NCBI GenBank assembly: GCA_017615545.1
Contig: JAFZZY010000039.1
Coordinates: 1 to 32,000, forward strand
Source of the DNA: Lachnospiraceae bacterium
Lineage (GTDB): Bacteria > Bacillota > Clostridia > Lachnospirales > Lachnospiraceae
Length of the DNA stretch: 32,000 nt
Direction of reading: 5' to 3'
Under the pieces are notes generated by a model, which saw nothing but the letters and a program-made list of their open reading frames with translations, was not told the origin of the DNA and ran no database searches. Positions within the stretch are counted from its first letter, which is position 1; each line of letters starts with the position of its first letter. The translations under genes and the position numbers were made by a program. Shown here in pieces: positions 16,687 through 25,512 of this stretch.

Positions 16687-18789
16687 ATGGATGTTACCAA
16701 GATTTTCGGAAGTATGGTATTTAATGACGATGTGATGAAAGAACGTCTTCCCAAGGATGTGTATCGTGTTCTTCACAAGACCATCGATGACGGCGTGCAT
16801 TTGCAGCTGGACATCGCAAACGTAGTTGCGGAGGCCATGAAGAATTGGGCCATCGAAAAGGGTGCAACGCACTTCACACATTGGTTCCAGCCGATGACCG
16901 GCATCACCGCAGAGAAGCATGACGGTTTTATCGCTCCGGAAGGAAACGGACGTGTTTTGATGGAGTTCTCCGGTAAGGAACTCGTAAAGGGCGAGCCCGA
17001 TGCATCCTCCTTCCCGTCCGGCGGCCTGCGTGCGACATTTGAGGCACGTGGTTATACAGCCTGGGATCCTACCAGTTATGCATTTATCAAGGACGACACC
17101 CTGTGCATCCCGACCGCGTTTTGTTCTTACAGCGGCGAGGCGCTGGATAAGAAGACACCGCTCCTGCGTTCCATGCAGGCGCTGGATAAGCAGGCAGTAC
17201 GTATCCTGCGTTTGTTCGGAGATACCGCTTCTAAGCGTGTTATGACTACGGTCGGCCCGGAGCAGGAGTACTTCCTGATCGACTGCGACGTTTATAAGCG
17301 TCGTCCCGACCTGATCTATACAGGACGTACATTGTTCGGCGCGAAGCCGCCGAAGGGCCAGGAAATGGAAGATCACTACTTCGGTATGATCAAGCCCAGA
17401 GTAAAGGCTTATATGAAAGACCTGGATGAGGAGCTGTGGAAGCTCGGCATCCTGTCGAAGACGGAGCATAACGAAGTAGCTCCGGCCCAGCATGAATTGG
17501 CCCCGATCTTCTCGACGACCAACATCGCAACGGATCACAACCAGTTGACGATGGAGCTGATGAAGATCGTTGCAGGCAAGCACCACATGGTATGCCTGCT
17601 GCATGAGAAGCCGTTCGCAGGCGTGAACGGTTCCGGTAAGCACAACAACTGGTCCATGTCGACCGACACAGGTAAGAACCTGTTGGAGCCGGGCGAAACA
17701 CCGTCCCAGAATGCGCAGTTCCTGCTCTTCCTGATGGCAGTCATCAAGGCAGTCGATGAATATCAGGGTCTGCTCCGTATGTCGGTTGCTTCCGCGGCAA
17801 ATGACCACCGTCTCGGCGCAAACGAGGCACCGCCCGCGATCATGAGCGTATTCATCGGTGATGAACTCGATGCAGTCCTGAAGGCGATCGAAGATGGCAC
17901 GGACTATCATGATCCCGAGAAGAAGCTGATGAGCATCGGCGCTACGGTCCTTCCTCATATCCCTTGCGATACGACCGACCGTAACCGTACTTCACCGGTT
18001 GCATTTACCGGTAATAAATTTGAATTCCGTTCGCTCGGTTCTTCCGCATCGATCTCCGGTCTGAACATCGTTCTGAACACGATCGTTGCACAGACACTCA
18101 GCGAATATGCAGAGATCCTGGAGAAGGCAGACGACTTCGACGCGACCCTCAACAAACTCATCCGTGACGAGATCAAGGCGCATAAGCGCATCATCTTCAA
18201 CGGCAACGGTTATTCCGAGGAGTGGGTGAAGGAAGCTGAAAAGCGCGGCTTGCTGAACCTGAAGACGACCGTCGATGCACTCGGATCGTTCATCGAGCCG
18301 AAGAACATGAAGATCTTCGAGGACCAGGGCGTTTACTCCGAGTCCGAGATCAAGGCTCGTTACGAGATCCTGCATGAGAACTACTACAAGACCATCAACA
18401 TCGAGGCGCTTACGCTGATCTCCATGGTGAAGAACAACATCACCGGAGCCGTAGCAAACTACGAGGGACGTCTTGCAGATGTGATCATCAAGAAGAGCCA
18501 GGCTCTTTCGAAGGATGCCTGCACATGTGAGGAGACTCTCCTGAAGCACATTTCCCGTCTGGCATGCAGCCTGCAGTGCAAGCTGGGTAAGCTGGAAGAG
18601 GATGTTGCGAAGGAGAAGGAACTGACCGATGTTGTCGCTTTGGCGAAGTATCATCAGGAAGTCATCCTGGCCGACATGGCAGCGCTGCGTGAGGTAGTCG
18701 ACGAGATCGAGCCGCTGATCCCGAGCGATCTGTGGCCGTACCCGACCTACGCTGAGATCCTGTACAGTGTACGGTATCAGCCGGTATAA
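16687..18789 (+). CDS. glnN: glutamine synthetase, type III (about 700 aa)
   Basis: Start placed at the ATG at 16687, behind AAGGAGG. The length and the N-terminal block ..[29 protein letters not shown].. are characteristic of GSIII as I recall it from Bacteroides/Butyrivibrio/Ruminococcus. Confidence 0.85.
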   Translation: MDVTKIFGSMVFNDDVMKERLPKDVYRVLHKTIDDGVHLQLDIANVVAEAMKNWAIEKGATHFTHWFQPMTGITAEKHDGFIAPEGNGRVLMEFSGKELVKGEPDASSFPSGGLRATFEARGYTAWDPTSYAFIKDDTLCIPTAFCSYSGEALDKKTPLLRSMQALDKQAVRILRLFGDTASKRVMTTVGPEQEYFLIDCDVYKRRPDLIYTGRTLFGAKPPKGQEMEDHYFGMIKPRVKAYMKDLDEELWKLGILSKTEHNEVAPAQHELAPIFSTTNIATDHNQLTMELMKIVAGKHHMVCLLHEKPFAGVNGSGKHNNWSMSTDTGKNLLEPGETPSQNAQFLLFLMAVIKAVDEYQGLLRMSVASAANDHRLGANEAPPAIMSVFIGDELDAVLKAIEDGTDYHDPEKKLMSIGATVLPHIPCDTTDRNRTSPVAFTGNKFEFRSLGSSASISGLNIVLNTIVAQTLSEYAEILEKADDFDATLNKLIRDEIKAHKRIIFNGNGYSEEWVKEAEKRGLLNLKTTVDALGSFIEPKNMKIFEDQGVYSESEIKARYEILHENYYKTINIEALTLISMVKNNITGAVANYEGRLADVIIKKSQALSKDACTCEETLLKHISRLACSLQCKLGKLEEDVAKEKELTDVVALAKYHQEVILADMAALREVVDEIEPLIPSDLWPYPTYAEILYSVRYQPV

Positions 18790-18858
18790 ATTAGGCGTTT
18801 TTCTAACCAATCTCTCAAAATACATGGTACCGCCAGGCGGTGCCGAAGCAATTTCATT

Positions 18859-18907
18859 AACGAAGGTGCAACGGGGCACGAAAGGAACCGTTGCACCTTC
18901 GTTTTTT
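18859..18907 (+). terminator. strong rho-independent terminator after the GSIII gene
   Basis: 16-bp stem AACGAAGGTGCAACGG / CCGTTGCACCTTCGTT with a 13-nt loop, followed by a TTTTTT run. Confidence 0.85.
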
Positions 18908-18998
18908 GATCTTGCGAGTCTGGCCAAAGCCGGACTTTAAATCAAAAAAACAAAGGTTGCGGTGCTTACTTTGGGAGGAACGCAACGAGGAGGTTATT

Positions 18999-20771
18999 AT
19001 GGATACTGGTAGCATTATGAGTTTGATCGACGAAAAAGTGTTCGGCGTCTGGTTCCTGATCGGCGCGGCACTCGTGTTCTGGATGCAGGCTGGTTTCGCC
19101 ATGGTCGAGACCGGTTTCGCCCGTGCGAAGAACGCAGGTAACATCTTGATGAAGAACCTGATGGACTTCTGTATCGGTACCGTGACGTTCATCCTGATCG
19201 GTTTCGGTCTGTTCCTGGGCGAAGACGCGCTCGCAGGTTTCTTAGGTCTTCCGAGCTTTGATATCTTCACGGATTACGCTCACTTCGACTGGAGCAACTT
19301 CGTATTCAACCTGGTATTCTGTGCGACGACCGCAACGATCGTTTCCGGTGCTATGGCAGAGCGTACCCGTTTCCTTTCTTACTGTGTTTACTCGGCGATC
19401 ATTTCCGCAGTGATTTACCCGATCGAAGCTCACTGGACATGGGGCGGCGGCTGGCTCGCTAAGCTCGGTTTCCACGATTTCGCAGGTTCCAACTGCATTC
19501 ACATGGTCGGCGGTATCTGCGCCCTGATCGGTGCGATCATGGTCGGTCCCCGTATCGGTAAGTTCGTAAAAGATAAAGCCGGAAAGGTTACTAAGGTCAA
19601 TGCTTTCCCCGGCCACAACATCACTCTCGGCGCCCTGGGTGTATTCATCCTGTGGCTCGGCTGGTATGGTTTCAACGGCGCTGCTGCAACCAGTGTTGAG
19701 CAGTTGGGCGCTATCTTCGTAACGACCACGATCGCTCCTGCGGTCGCAACCGTAGTATGTATGATCTTCACCTGGATCCATTACGGCAAGCCCGATGTAT
19801 CCATGTGTCTCAACGCTTCTCTCGCAGGTCTGGTAGCGATCACCGCTCCTTGTGACGTAGTTGACGCAGCCGGCGCTTCCATCATCGGCGCGATCTCCGG
19901 CCTCGTAGTTATCTTTGGTATCTGGCTTCTCGATCACAAGCTTCACGTTGACGACCCTGTCGGCGCTGTAGGCGTTCACATGTGCAACGGTATCTTCGGT
20001 ACCCTCGCTGTAGGTCTGTTCGCAACCGACACAGCACCCACCTATGCATTGGCCGACTCTTCAGGCAACCCGATGCTCGGACTGTTCTACGGCGGCGGTT
20101 TCAAACTCCTCGGCATCCAGACTCTGGGTATGCTGGCCACGGCAGCCTGGACAGCGATCACCATCACGATCACATTTGCCATCATTAAAAAGATCTTCGG
20201 TCTTCGTGTTACCGAAGAAGAGGAACTTACAGGTCTCGATATCACTGAGCACGGTCTTGCATCCGCATACTCAGGTTTCTCCATCATGGATGTTACCGGC
20301 ATGGAGATGTCGGTCAATGAGAACACGGACCTCGGTGTCAGCGAGTACGGCGAGGCATCGCAGGCTATGGTCGATGCAGCCGTTAAGGTAAATGCAGCGC
20401 CTGTGATGAGCACTGCAACGATGCACAAAGTCGTTATCATCGCAAAGCTGGCTCGTTACGAGCAACTTAAGAAGGCCCTCAACGATCTCGGTGTTACCGG
20501 TATGACGGTCACACAGGTCATGGGCTGCGGTATCCAGAAGGGTGCCGGCGAGAAGTACCGTGGTATTGAAATGGATGCCACCCTGCTTCCGAAGGTTAAG
20601 GTCGAAGTCGTAGTCAGCAAGATCCCGGTGGCGGATGTCATCGAGGCTTCGAAGAAGGCACTGTACACCGGTCACATCGGTGATGGTAAGATCTTCGTAT
20701 ACGGCGTAGAGCAGGTCGTTAAGGTACGTACCGGCGAGGAAGACTTCGCAGCATTGCAGGATGTAGAATAA
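18999..20771 (+). CDS. amt: ammonium transporter (Amt) fused in frame to a C-terminal P-II (GlnB/GlnK) domain
   Basis: Start placed at the ATG at 18999, behind GAGGAGG; the track's 18891 start lies inside the terminator. Amt motifs are FWMQAGFAMVETGF and HDFAGSNCIHMVGG. The last 116 aa (nt 20421-20768), MHKVVIIAKL..GVTGMTVTQVMGCGIQKGAGEKYRG..LLPKVKVEVVV..TGHIGDGKIFV..V.KVRTGE, align without gaps to canonical P-II. Confidence 0.9.
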   Translation: MDTGSIMSLIDEKVFGVWFLIGAALVFWMQAGFAMVETGFARAKNAGNILMKNLMDFCIGTVTFILIGFGLFLGEDALAGFLGLPSFDIFTDYAHFDWSNFVFNLVFCATTATIVSGAMAERTRFLSYCVYSAIISAVIYPIEAHWTWGGGWLAKLGFHDFAGSNCIHMVGGICALIGAIMVGPRIGKFVKDKAGKVTKVNAFPGHNITLGALGVFILWLGWYGFNGAAATSVEQLGAIFVTTTIAPAVATVVCMIFTWIHYGKPDVSMCLNASLAGLVAITAPCDVVDAAGASIIGAISGLVVIFGIWLLDHKLHVDDPVGAVGVHMCNGIFGTLAVGLFATDTAPTYALADSSGNPMLGLFYGGGFKLLGIQTLGMLATAAWTAITITITFAIIKKIFGLRVTEEEELTGLDITEHGLASAYSGFSIMDVTGMEMSVNENTDLGVSEYGEASQAMVDAAVKVNAAPVMSTATMHKVVIIAKLARYEQLKKALNDLGVTGMTVTQVMGCGIQKGAGEKYRGIEMDATLLPKVKVEVVVSKIPVADVIEASKKALYTGHIGDGKIFVYGVEQVVKVRTGEEDFAALQDVE

Positions 20772-20852
20772 GCAGGGCTTATACATCCTATTACAGGAGT
20801 AAAAGTCATTTTGCAGGCGGCCCAGAAAGCCGAAAAAAATTGAAAAAAGGCA

Positions 20853-20881
20853 TTGACACGTCTATGCCGCTGTGCTAAAAT
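20853..20881 (+). promoter_or_regulatory. sigma-A promoter upstream of gltB leader
   Basis: TTGACA (20853-20858), 17 nt, TAAAAT (20876-20881). A-tracts lie upstream (GAAAAAAATTGAAAAAAGG). The hexamers and spacing are the same as in the asnB promoter. Confidence 0.6.
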
Positions 20882-20897
20882 GCTTTCTTAGAAAAGC

Positions 20898-20939
20898 AAA
20901 GGCGCTTTGATGGGTGTAACAGCCCTTCAAAGCGCCTTT
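20898..20939 (+). promoter_or_regulatory. long leader hairpin upstream of gltB (weak terminator or regulatory stem-loop)
   Basis: AAAGGCGCTTTGA(T)GGGT-GTAACA-GCCC(T)TCAAAGCGCCTTT: 13 + 4 bp with one U-U mismatch and a hexaloop. The downstream U-tract is interrupted (TTTCGTGATT). Confidence 0.5.
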
Positions 20940-20989
20940 CGTGATTCCGGGAAAGCATTTTCCGTAGTATCGACAAAGGAGCAGTTAAG

Positions 20990-23900
20990 ATGGAAAAGTA
21001 CGAATATCATCCGATCGAACATGATGCCTGCGGTATCGGCGCCGTGGCAAATATCGACGGCGAGGCAAGCTATGAGACGATGTCGGACGCATTGTCCATC
21101 GTGGAAAAACTCGAGCACCGCGCAGGCAAGGACGCCAGCGGAAGCGTCGGAGACGGCGTGGGCATCCTGTTGCAGGTGAGCCATGATTTCTTTTCAAAAG
21201 CAGCGGCAGAGCAGGGGATCTCTGTAGGCGGTGCCGGAGACTACGGCATCGGTATGATCTTTTTGCCGGCCGATGAGATGAAGCGCACTTTCTCGATGCG
21301 GATGTTGCAGATGATCGCGGCGAAGGAAGGCCTTAAGTTCCTGGGCTGGCGTAAGGTTCCGACGCATCCGGAGATCCTGGGCCAGGTGGCTCTGGACTCG
21401 ATGCCTGCGATCTATCAGTGCTTCCTGGGACGCCCGGAGCATGTGGCGCGCGGCCTGGATTTCGACCGCCGTCTGTACGTAGTTCGCCGCGAATATGAGC
21501 AGAGTGCCGATGATGCTTATGTTTGCTCGCTTTCGTCCCGTACGATCGTTTATAAGGGTATGTTTTTGGTCAAGCAGCTGCGTGCATTCTACGATGATCT
21601 GCGCAGCACCGATTACAAGACCGCGATCGCGATCGTGCATTCTCGTTTCTCGACGAATACGAACCCTTCGTGGGACCGTGCGCATCCGTACCGCATGATC
21701 GCGCACAACGGCGAGATCAACACGATCCGCGGTAACATTGACCGTATGCTCGCCCGTGAGGAAACCATGAAGAGCCGGATCTTTGCCGAGGATCTGGATA
21801 AGGTTTACCCTGTTGTCAGCCTGTCGGGCTCGGACTCTGCGATGTTCGACAACACGATCGAGTTCTTATATATGAATGGGATGCCGCTGCCGCTGGCCAT
21901 GATGATCACGGTGCCGGAGCCCTGGAAGCATAATGAGTACATGGAGCGTACAAAGAAGGATTTCTACCATTACTACGCTACCATGATGGAGCCGTGGGAC
22001 GGACCGGCAGCCATGCTGTTTTCGGATGGCGAGCTGCTTGGCGCGACGCTGGACCGCAACGGTCTGCGCCCTTCCCGCTACTATATCACGGATGACCACC
22101 GCCTGATCCTCGCATCCGAGGTCGGCGTGCTGGACATTGACCCTGCACATATCGTGAAAAAGTCCCGTCTGGAGCCCGGCCGCATGCTGCTCGTAGATAC
22201 GAAGAGCAAGCGCATCATCTCCGACGAGGAGTGTAAATCGATCTATGCAAATAAGGAGCCTTACGGCGAATGGCTGGACCAGAACCTGCAGCATCTTGCA
22301 GATCTGAAGATCCCAAATAAGAAGATCCCGACGCACACGCAGGAGATGCGGGACCGCCTGTATAAGGCATTCGGCTACACCTATGAGGACGTGAAGGACC
22401 TCATCCTGCCCATGGCGAAGAACGGTATCGAGCCGACGGTTTCCATGGGACACGACGTTCCGCTGGCGGTACTGAGCCGCAGACATCAGTCGCTGTTCAA
22501 CTATTTCAAGCAGCTGTTCGCGCAGGTCACCAACCCGCCGATCGACTCGTTGCGTGAGAAGATCGTCACCGACACGACCGTATACATCGGTTCCGACGGC
22601 GACCTGCTGACCGAGAAGAGCGAGAACTGCCGCATGCTCGAGATCAATCACCCGATCCTGACCGGCGTTGACGTCATGAAGATCAAGAGCCTGGATACGG
22701 AGAGCCTGAAGAGCACGACAGTATCCCTGCTTTTCTATAAGAATACTTCGCTTAAGAAAGCGGTGGAGCAGCTCAATATCCGCGTGGATAAAGAGGTTGC
22801 TTCCGGAAAGAATATCATCATCCTGTCCGACCGCGGCGTGGATGAGAACCATATGGCGATCCCGTCGCTGCTGGCGGTTTCGAGCGTGGAGCAGCACCTG
22901 GTGCTCACGAAGAAGCGAACCGCCGTTTCGATCATCCTCGAATCTGCAGAGCCGCGTGACGTGCATCAGATGGCAGTCCTGTTGGGCTTCGGCGCACGAG
23001 CCATCCATCCGTACCTCGCGCATGAGTGCATTGCCGAGATGATCGACCTGGGCATCCTGGATAAGGATTACCACACGGCGATCGAGGATTACAACTCGGC
23101 GATCCTGAACGGTATCGTAAAGATCGCAGCGAAGATGGGTATCTCCACGATCCAGTCCTACCAGTCGGCGCGTATCTTCGAGGCGATCGGCCTGTCGAAG
23201 GAAGTGATGGATCACTATTTCACCGGTACGGTGAGCCGTGTAGGAGGCATCGGCATCCGCGAGATCGAAGAGGGCGTTTTGTTCCGCCACAATCATGCAT
23301 TCGATCCGCTGGAGCTGGGTACAGACACCCGACTGGATTCGACTGGTTTCCACTCGTTGCGCAGCGGTGAGGGTGCGGAGGATCATTTGTACGATCCGAC
23401 CACGATCGTCAATCTGCAGCGCGCGGTACGCACCGGCGATTATGCGAAGTTTAAGGAATATACGGCGCTGGTCGATGCGGAGGATCGTCCGCACACCTTG
23501 CGCGGCCTGCTGGATATGGTATCGGATCGCGCACCGATCGATATCAGCGAAGTAGAGCCGGCGGAAAGTATAGTCCGCAGGTTTAAGACGGGAGCCATGA
23601 GCTATGGTTCGCTGTCCCAGGAGGCACATGAGACCCTGGCGATCGCCATGAACCGTCTCGGCGGTAAGTCGAATACCGGTGAGGGCGGCGAAGCGAGCGA
23701 ACGCTATGGCACAGAGAAGAACAGCGCGATCAAGCAGGTCGCTTCGGGACGTTTCGGCGTAACGAGCGCATATCTGCGGAGCGCAAAAGAAATACAGATC
23801 AAGATGGCGCAGGGCGCGAAGCCCGGCGAGGGCGGACACCTTCCGGGTAAGAAGGTCTACCCGTGGGTTGCGGCAACACGTTTCTCCACACCGGGTATCT

Positions 23901-25510
23901 CGCTGATCTCCCCGCCGCCGCACCATGATATCTACTCGATCGAGGATCTGGCACAGCTGATCTACGATCTGAAGAATGCCAACCGCGACGCGAGAATCAA
24001 CGTTAAACTGGTCTCCGAAGCGGGCGTCGGCACGATCGCATCCGGTGTTGCAAAAGCCGGTGCCCAGGTCATCCTGATCTCGGGCTATGACGGCGGTACC
24101 GGAGCAGCTCCGCCCAGCAGCGTGCATCACGCAGGTCTGCCTTGGGAGCTGGGTCTGGCCGAGGCACATCGCAGCCTGATCGAGAGCGGCCTCCGTTCCC
24201 GCGTCACCATCGAGACCGACGGTAAGCTGATGAGCGGCCGTGACGTTGCGATCGCAGCCCTGTTGGGCGCCGAGGAGTTCGGTTTCGCAACGGCTCCGCT
24301 GGTATGTATGGGTTGTATGATGATGCGTGTCTGCTCGAAGGACACCTGCCCGGTCGGCATCGCGACGCAGAATAAAGAGCTGCGTAAGCGTTTCGCAGGT
24401 AAGCCGGAGCACGTAATGAACTTCATGCTGTTCATCGCTGAGGAACTGCGTGAGATCATGGCACAGCTCGGTTTCAAGACCGTGGAAGAGATGGTCGGCA
24501 GAAGCGACATCCTGCATGTGCGTAAACACCCGATCACGAAGCGTGCGGGCATGGTAGACCTGGCGGCAGTGATCGATCCGACCTATGCAGAGTTCGAGAA
24601 GCGTCATTTCGATCCGAAAGACATTTATGATTTCAAACTTTCCGAGACACCGGATATGAAGCAGTTGCTGCCGTATTTCGCGGATGTTTTAAGCGGAAAG
24701 AAGAGTGAGAAGAAGCCTGTAACAGTGCAGGTTTCCAGTACAGACCGTAGTTTCGGTACCATCCTCGGTTCCGAGATCACACTGAAGCTGGGTAGCGACG
24801 TGAAGGACGACACCTTCCGCGTGGAGGCAGTCGGCGGCGGCGGACAGTCGTTCGGCGCATTCCTTCCGAAGGGCCTGACGATCCGCCTGACGGGCGATGC
24901 AAACGACGGCGTCGGCAAGGGATTGTCCGGCGGTAAGCTCATTATCGTCCCGCCGAAGAACGCGGGCTATGCGGCCGATGAAAACATCATCATCGGTAAC
25001 GTTGCGCTATACGGCGCGACCTCCGGTACGCTCTATGCGAGCGGTATCGCGGGCGAGCGTTTCTGCGTACGTAACTCGGGCGCGACGGCGGTAGCCGAAG
25101 GTTGCGGCGACCACGGTCTGGAGTACATGACCGGAGGCGTGGCAGTCCTGCTCGGACCGACCGGTAAGAACCTGGCAGCCGGCATGAGCGGCGGTATCGC
25201 GTTTGTTCTGGACGAGCATCACGACCTGTATCGCCGGATCAATAAAGAAATGGTAACTTTCGGTGAGATCACCGAAAAAGAAGATAAGGAACGCCTGCTG
25301 GAGATCCTGAAGGATTACGCGGCGGCGACCGGCTCGAAGAAAGCAGCCGGCATCCTGGAGAAGTATGATGAGATGCTTCCATATTTCAAGAAGATCGTGC
25401 CGATCGGTTACAGCCGCATGCTGAAGACCATCGCGAAGTACGAGGCGAAGGGCATCAGCCGCGACGCTGCAGTCCTGGAAGCATTTGAAGAGATTTCAAA
25501 GGAGGGTTGA
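20990..25510 (+). CDS. gltB: glutamate synthase large subunit
   Basis: 1506 aa. Has an N-terminal propeptide followed by the Ntn Cys (HDACGIGAV). FMN/Fe-S domain motifs are NTGEGGE, KMAQGAKPGEGGHLPG, ISPPPHHDIYSIEDL and CxxxxxC..CPVGIATQ. C-terminal GXGXG beta-helix repeats are present. Confidence 0.95.
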   Translation: MEKYEYHPIEHDACGIGAVANIDGEASYETMSDALSIVEKLEHRAGKDASGSVGDGVGILLQVSHDFFSKAAAEQGISVGGAGDYGIGMIFLPADEMKRTFSMRMLQMIAAKEGLKFLGWRKVPTHPEILGQVALDSMPAIYQCFLGRPEHVARGLDFDRRLYVVRREYEQSADDAYVCSLSSRTIVYKGMFLVKQLRAFYDDLRSTDYKTAIAIVHSRFSTNTNPSWDRAHPYRMIAHNGEINTIRGNIDRMLAREETMKSRIFAEDLDKVYPVVSLSGSDSAMFDNTIEFLYMNGMPLPLAMMITVPEPWKHNEYMERTKKDFYHYYATMMEPWDGPAAMLFSDGELLGATLDRNGLRPSRYYITDDHRLILASEVGVLDIDPAHIVKKSRLEPGRMLLVDTKSKRIISDEECKSIYANKEPYGEWLDQNLQHLADLKIPNKKIPTHTQEMRDRLYKAFGYTYEDVKDLILPMAKNGIEPTVSMGHDVPLAVLSRRHQSLFNYFKQLFAQVTNPPIDSLREKIVTDTTVYIGSDGDLLTEKSENCRMLEINHPILTGVDVMKIKSLDTESLKSTTVSLLFYKNTSLKKAVEQLNIRVDKEVASGKNIIILSDRGVDENHMAIPSLLAVSSVEQHLVLTKKRTAVSIILESAEPRDVHQMAVLLGFGARAIHPYLAHECIAEMIDLGILDKDYHTAIEDYNSAILNGIVKIAAKMGISTIQSYQSARIFEAIGLSKEVMDHYFTGTVSRVGGIGIREIEEGVLFRHNHAFDPLELGTDTRLDSTGFHSLRSGEGAEDHLYDPTTIVNLQRAVRTGDYAKFKEYTALVDAEDRPHTLRGLLDMVSDRAPIDISEVEPAESIVRRFKTGAMSYGSLSQEAHETLAIAMNRLGGKSNTGEGGEASERYGTEKNSAIKQVASGRFGVTSAYLRSAKEIQIKMAQGAKPGEGGHLPGKKVYPWVAATRFSTPGISLISPPPHHDIYSIEDLAQLIYDLKNANRDARINVKLVSEAGVGTIASGVAKAGAQVILISGYDGGTGAAPPSSVHHAGLPWELGLAEAHRSLIESGLRSRVTIETDGKLMSGRDVAIAALLGAEEFGFATAPLVCMGCMMMRVCSKDTCPVGIATQNKELRKRFAGKPEHVMNFMLFIAEELREIMAQLGFKTVEEMVGRSDILHVRKHPITKRAGMVDLAAVIDPTYAEFEKRHFDPKDIYDFKLSETPDMKQLLPYFADVLSGKKSEKKPVTVQVSSTDRSFGTILGSEITLKLGSDVKDDTFRVEAVGGGGQSFGAFLPKGLTIRLTGDANDGVGKGLSGGKLIIVPPKNAGYAADENIIIGNVALYGATSGTLYASGIAGERFCVRNSGATAVAEGCGDHGLEYMTGGVAVLLGPTGKNLAAGMSGGIAFVLDEHHDLYRRINKEMVTFGEITEKEDKERLLEILKDYAAATGSKKAAGILEKYDEMLPYFKKIVPIGYSRMLKTIAKYEAKGISRDAAVLEAFEEISKEG

Positions 25511-25512
25511 TC

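Noticed and set aside
18891-18998. The N-terminal 36-aa extension of the Amt ORF, starting at 18891 in the track.
   Set aside because: That start lies inside the 3' arm of the 16-bp terminator. The ATG at 18999 has a GAGGAGG RBS and is directly followed by the first Amt TM helix.
14929-21000. Searched by eye for GlnR/TnrA boxes (TGTNA-N7-TNACA) and for ANTAR-type dual hexaloop hairpins in the asnB, amt and gltB upstream regions.
   Set aside because: No match to the GlnR/TnrA consensus was found. The hairpin loops (AGGATAT, a 13-nt loop, GUAACA) do not fit my recollection of the ANTAR pattern of A at loop position 1 and G at position 4 in two tandem hexaloops. A by-eye search is not exhaustive.
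20907-21179. A 90-aa + ORF starting inside the gltB leader hairpin.
   Set aside because: It has a TTG start without an RBS and is out of frame with gltB, overlapping its first 190 nt. The gltB start at 20990 has an AAGGAG RBS.
21866-24607. A 913-aa ORF on the - strand, the longest non-annotated ORF in the track.
   Set aside because: It lies entirely antisense to gltB, whose product carries unmistakable GOGAT motifs. The - strand translation is Arg/Leu/Asp/His/Val-rich with no motifs and no RBS. This is a shadow ORF caused by GC-rich third positions in the sense gene.
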